In this document: piece by piece, positions 61,051 to 64,000 of the stretch
How positions within the stretch are numbered: the stretch's first letter is position 1
How the letters are laid out: each line of letters opens with the position of its first letter
Assembly (NCBI GenBank): GCA_963813355.1
Contig: CAWEYS010000008.1
Location: 21,629-85,628 of the forward strand
Source of the DNA: Miltoncostaeaceae bacterium
GTDB taxonomy: Bacteria; Actinomycetota; Thermoleophilia; Miltoncostaeales; Miltoncostaeaceae
Reading direction: 5' to 3'
Length of the DNA stretch: 64,000 nucleotides
Notes under the pieces: generated by a model
Databases searched by the model: none
The model's input: the letters and a program-made list of their open reading frames with translations, nothing else
What the model was told of the DNA's origin: nothing
Translations under genes and position numbers: made by a program

Positions 61051-62001
61051 CTACCGGGCGGCGTCCGGGCGGATCGACCGCGCCACGCGCAGGGCGACCT
61101 CCTCACCGGAGGGCATGCCGCGCACCTGGAGCCCGAAGGCCCGCTCGGGCCCCTCCCACACCAGCGTCACCAGGCGCGGCCCGCGAAGGACGCCCTCCAC
61201 GTCGCCGACCCGCTCCCGCCGCGCCCCGCGGCCGCCCGTGTCCGGGCTGGCGAGGGGCGCCGGCGCCTGGCGCACCAGCACCCGGGCGCCGTCGGCGCCG
61301 GTCCAGGCGATGACGATGGCCGGCGGCGCCGCCGGGTAGGCGATGTCCGGCTCGACCCGCGGGCGGCCCCGCTCCAGCCCGTCGGGCATCCAGGTGGGCA
61401 GCCACGCCTCGTAGCCGGCCTCGAAGGCCGCCTCGGCCAGCCCGGGCGTCCAGCGGCCCCCGCCGATGCCGGCGCCCATCCCGTGGGTCGCGCCCAGCCG
61501 CCCGCTTACGGACGCGCCGTCGAAGCGCAGCTCGGAGATGCCGGGGCGCGCGAGGCGGCCGACCGCCTCGCCCGAGGCGTCGAGCGCGTCGACGGCCAGC
61601 ACCGCGACCTCGGCCGGGATGCGCGCGAGCACCAGGCGCTCCCCGCCCGCGGGGGCGGCCGGCACCGGCTCGTCGGTCGCCAGCAGCGGCTGCGCGGCCG
61701 CGGCCTCCGGGGCGAGGCGGGCGACCAGGACGCGGTCGGCGTGGGGCGGCGCCTCGAGCGCCACCGCCGCCGCCACGACCGGGCGCCAGCGGCTGGGCCT
61801 CCCCGGAGGGCACGAGACGCGGGCGACGACCTCGCCCTCGGGCGACACCCAGGCGACGCGCGCGCACGGCGGGTCGCCGGCCACCGACGCCGCCACGATC
61901 GGCGCGCCGTCCTCCGCGGGCAGGGCGTGGGGCACCGGGTGCCCGAGGGCGGCCTCGGCGATCCCGCGGGCGCGCGCCAGGGCGTCGTCCATCGCGTCCA
62001 T
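61051..62001 (-). CDS. hypothetical protein; the C-terminal part resembles DUF4367-type domains (tentative)
   Basis: Strong GC3 from ATG 62001 (or GTG 62004). The listed upstream extension would overlap a better-supported plus-strand micro-ORF. Confidence 0.5.
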   Translation of the reverse strand: MDAMDDALARARGIAEAALGHPVPHALPAEDGAPIVAASVAGDPPCARVAWVSPEGEVVARVSCPPGRPSRWRPVVAAAVALEAPPHADRVLVARLAPEAAAAQPLLATDEPVPAAPAGGERLVLARIPAEVAVLAVDALDASGEAVGRLARPGISELRFDGASVSGRLGATHGMGAGIGGGRWTPGLAEAAFEAGYEAWLPTWMPDGLERGRPRVEPDIAYPAAPPAIVIAWTGADGARVLVRQAPAPLASPDTGGRGARRERVGDVEGVLRGPRLVTLVWEGPERAFGLQVRGMPSGEEVALRVARSIRPDAAR

Positions 62002-62040
62002 CACACCACATCCGTCCGAGGCGGCCGTCAGCATGCGCCC

Positions 62041-62184
62041 ATGTTGACCTTCGCGTGCCACGAGTGCGGCGCGCCGCTCGACCCGGGCGAGGAGCTCTGG
62101 CGCGCTCCGGAGGACGGCGCGCCCGACGACGACGGCGAGCCGTACTGCACGGCGTGCGCCTCGCCGCTCGGCATCGCGGCCTGA
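62041..62184 (+). CDS. 47-aa zinc-ribbon protein
   Basis: ATG 62041. Two CxxC pairs (CHEC...CTAC). Nearly 100% GC3 over all 47 codons. Confidence 0.5.
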   Translation: MLTFACHECGAPLDPGEELWRAPEDGAPDDDGEPYCTACASPLGIAA

Positions 62185-62206
62185 CAGCGCCTGACATCCT
62201 GGGGGG

Positions 62207-63034
62207 GTGACCAGCTCCGAGCCGGCGCCCCTCGAGGCGCGGCGGGACGGCGTGGTGCTCGCGGGCGAGGCGTCAGCGGGCGACGGGGAGCCGATCCTGC
62301 TGCTGCACGGGCTGACCGCCACCCGGCGCTACGTCGTCCACGGCTCGAGGGTGCTCGAGCGCGCCGGGCACCCGGTGCTCGCCTACGACGCCCGTGGCCA
62401 CGGCGCGTCGTCGCCCGCCGGCGGGCCTGAGGCCTACACCTACGACGAGCTCGTCCGCGACGCCGTGGCGGTGCTGGACGCGGCCGGCGTCGGGCGCGCG
62501 TCGGTCGCGGGCCAGTCGATGGGCGCCGCCACCGCCGTCGCCCTCGCCCTCGCCCACCCCGAGCGCGTGAGGGCCCTGGCCCTCGTCACCCCCGCCCACC
62601 TCGGCCGGCCGAGCGCCGACCTCGCCCGCTGGGACCGGCTGGCCGCGGGGCTCGAGGAGGGCGGGCCCGAGGGCTTCCTCGCGGCCCTGGGGCCGCTGAC
62701 CCTCGACGAGCGCTGGCGCGAGTCGGTGCGCACCGTGATCCTGCAGCGCATCGCGCGCCACGAGCACCCGGACGCGGTGGCGGCGGCCCTGCGCGGCATC
62801 CCCCGGACGGCGGCCTTCGACGGGCTCGAGGCCCTGTCGGGGATCGCGGGCCCGACACTGGTGGTCGGGAGCCGCGACGGCGCCGACCCGGACCACCCGC
62901 TGGCGGTGGCGCAGGAGTACGCGCGGCGCATCCCGGGCGCCCGGCTGGTCGTCGAGCACGAGGGCGAGTCGCCGCTCGCATGGCGCGGCGGAGCCCTCTC
63001 CAAGGCGATCCTCGAGCTGGTCGACGGCGCCTGA
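62207..63034 (+). CDS. alpha/beta hydrolase
   Basis: ILLLHGLTATRRY and the nucleophile elbow GQSMGAA. Confidence 0.8.
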   Translation: MTSSEPAPLEARRDGVVLAGEASAGDGEPILLLHGLTATRRYVVHGSRVLERAGHPVLAYDARGHGASSPAGGPEAYTYDELVRDAVAVLDAAGVGRASVAGQSMGAATAVALALAHPERVRALALVTPAHLGRPSADLARWDRLAAGLEEGGPEGFLAALGPLTLDERWRESVRTVILQRIARHEHPDAVAAALRGIPRTAAFDGLEALSGIAGPTLVVGSRDGADPDHPLAVAQEYARRIPGARLVVEHEGESPLAWRGGALSKAILELVDGA

Positions 63035-63053
63035 CGAAGAGTTTCGCCCGGGC

Positions 63054-63080
63054 TGTCGATTTCGCGGCCGGAGCGGCGTC
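63054..63080 (+). promoter_or_regulatory. candidate ECF-type promoter (TGTCGA-N17-CGTC) upstream of the DGPF/sigma operon
   Basis: TGTCGA at 63054..63059 and CGTC at 63077..63080, about 50 nt upstream of GTG 63132. It resembles the TGTCACA-N16-CGTC type of motif reported for related ECF groups. This is by analogy only. Confidence 0.35.
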
Positions 63081-63131
63081 TACTTTCACGACAGGCGGGT
63101 CGCCCGGCCCGCCGCGATCCGGAGGTGCGAC

Positions 63132-63482
63132 GTGCGCTACCTGCTCCTGATCTACGGCGACGAGAGCCGCTGGCCCGAGATGTCCGAGGCGGACCAGGAG
63201 GCCCAGATGGGCAAGTGGGACGCTTACACGAAGGCCATCACGGCCGAGGGCATCATCCGCGGCGGCGACGCCCTGCAGCCCACGGCGGCGGCCACGACCG
63301 TGAGGGTGCGCGACGGCGAGACCCAGGTGATCGACGGGCCCTTCGCCGAGACGCGCGAGCAGCTCGGCGGCTACTACATGATCGAGTGCGAGACGCTCGA
63401 CCAGGCCATCGACGCGGCCCGCCGGATCCCGAGCGTGGACACGGGCAGCGTCGAGGTGCGGCCGATCATGGAGTTCGACTGA
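63132..63482 (+). CDS. YciI-like/DGPF domain protein
   Basis: MRYLLLIYGDE... and IDGPFAETREQLGGYYMIE. GTG follows GGAGG. Confidence 0.8.
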   Translation: MRYLLLIYGDESRWPEMSEADQEAQMGKWDAYTKAITAEGIIRGGDALQPTAAATTVRVRDGETQVIDGPFAETREQLGGYYMIECETLDQAIDAARRIPSVDTGSVEVRPIMEFD

Positions 63483-64000
63483 CGGCCGACGGCCGCGACG
63501 CCGTCGCCCGCGTCGTCCGCGAGGAGCACGGGCGGGCACTGGCGGTCCTGGCGCGCGCCCTCGGCGACATCGACCGCGCCGAGGACGCGCTGCAGGACGC
63601 CTACGCGGTCGCGCTCGCCCGCTGGCCGCGCGACGGGACGCCGGACGCGCCGCTGGCCTGGATCCTCACGACCGCGCGCAACCGGGCGATCGACCGCCTG
63701 CGCCGCGAGCGGACGCGGCGGGAGTCCGAGGCCGCCCGGGCGCGCGACCTCCAGGAGCGGGCCGAGGAGATGATCCCCGACGGAATCGACGAGGCGGAGA
63801 TCCCCGACGAGCGGCTCGGGCTGATCTTCGCGTGCTGTCATCCAGCACTCGCCCGCGACGCGCAGGTGCCCCTGACCCTGCGGCTGGTCGCCGGGCTGAC
63901 GGTCCCCGAGGTGGCGCGGTCGCTGCTGCTGCCGCCGGCCACGGTCGCCCAGCGGCTGGTGAGGGCGAAGCGCAAGATCCGCGACGCGGGCATCCCGATG
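63479..64000 (+). CDS. ECF-type RNA polymerase sigma factor (ECF42-like), 3'-partial at window edge
   Basis: Region 2 reads AEDALQDAYAVALARWPRDGTPDAPLAWILTTARNRAIDRLRRER and region 4 reads LTVPEVARSLLLPPATVAQRLVRAKRKI. The only plausible start is CTG 63479, which overlaps the upstream TGA (CTGA). Confidence 0.8.
   Translation, partial: MTADGRDAVARVVREEHGRALAVLARALGDIDRAEDALQDAYAVALARWPRDGTPDAPLAWILTTARNRAIDRLRRERTRRESEAARARDLQERAEEMIPDGIDEAEIPDERLGLIFACCHPALARDAQVPLTLRLVAGLTVPEVARSLLLPPATVAQRLVRAKRKIRDAGIPM

Overview
This is a 64-kb, very high-GC window (roughly 72-74% by eye). True reading frames show over 90% G/C at codon position 3, and I used that signal throughout to choose frames and starts. 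The window is a densely packed bacterial chromosomal core region. Gene order looks actinobacterial; a deep-branching Actinomycetota lineage is only a guess. I support about 70 CDS and recognised no rRNA, tRNA, CRISPR array, transposase or integrase.

The conserved backbone is mostly on the minus strand:
- recG-rsmD-coaD-(coiled-coil)-yceD // rpmF-plsX-acpP-rnc-smc-ftsY-ffh-rpsP-KH-rimM-trmD-rplS-rnhB
- comM-dprA
- ribD-ribE-ribBA-ribH, preceded by def-fmt-rsmB-rpe
- priA-metK
- aroA-cmk-plsC-der

Accessory-looking parts:
- a nitrilase/TetR/ABC module that splits yceD from rpmF
- an unknown protein translationally coupled to a membrane Ser/Thr kinase, between def and priA
- a fused double-WYL PafBC-like regulator
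- a MarR/cupin pair with clear operator palindromes
- a WS/DGAT-unknown-NUDIX group
- a DUF1802/ferredoxin/unknown/wHTH group
- an ECF sigma plus DGPF (YciI-like) operon at the right edge

Notable sequence-level anomalies:
- three reading-frame problems: def is frameshifted before its HExxH motif, a lipoprotein gene is frameshifted, and ribBA has no stop codon before a structured lower-GC spacer
- about 14 four-nt stop/start overlaps: 11 GTGA, 2-3 ATGA (the third is the frameshifted def/fmt junction) and 3 CTGA
- several genes whose conserved N-termini can only be reached from CTG or another non-canonical start
- many TANNNT boxes 5-10 nt upstream of start codons, which suggests leaderless mRNAs

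I found no clearly novel multi-gene system. The kinase-coupled unknown and the rib-operon spacer are the best candidates for follow-up. All protein names come from motifs recognised by eye, not from database searches.
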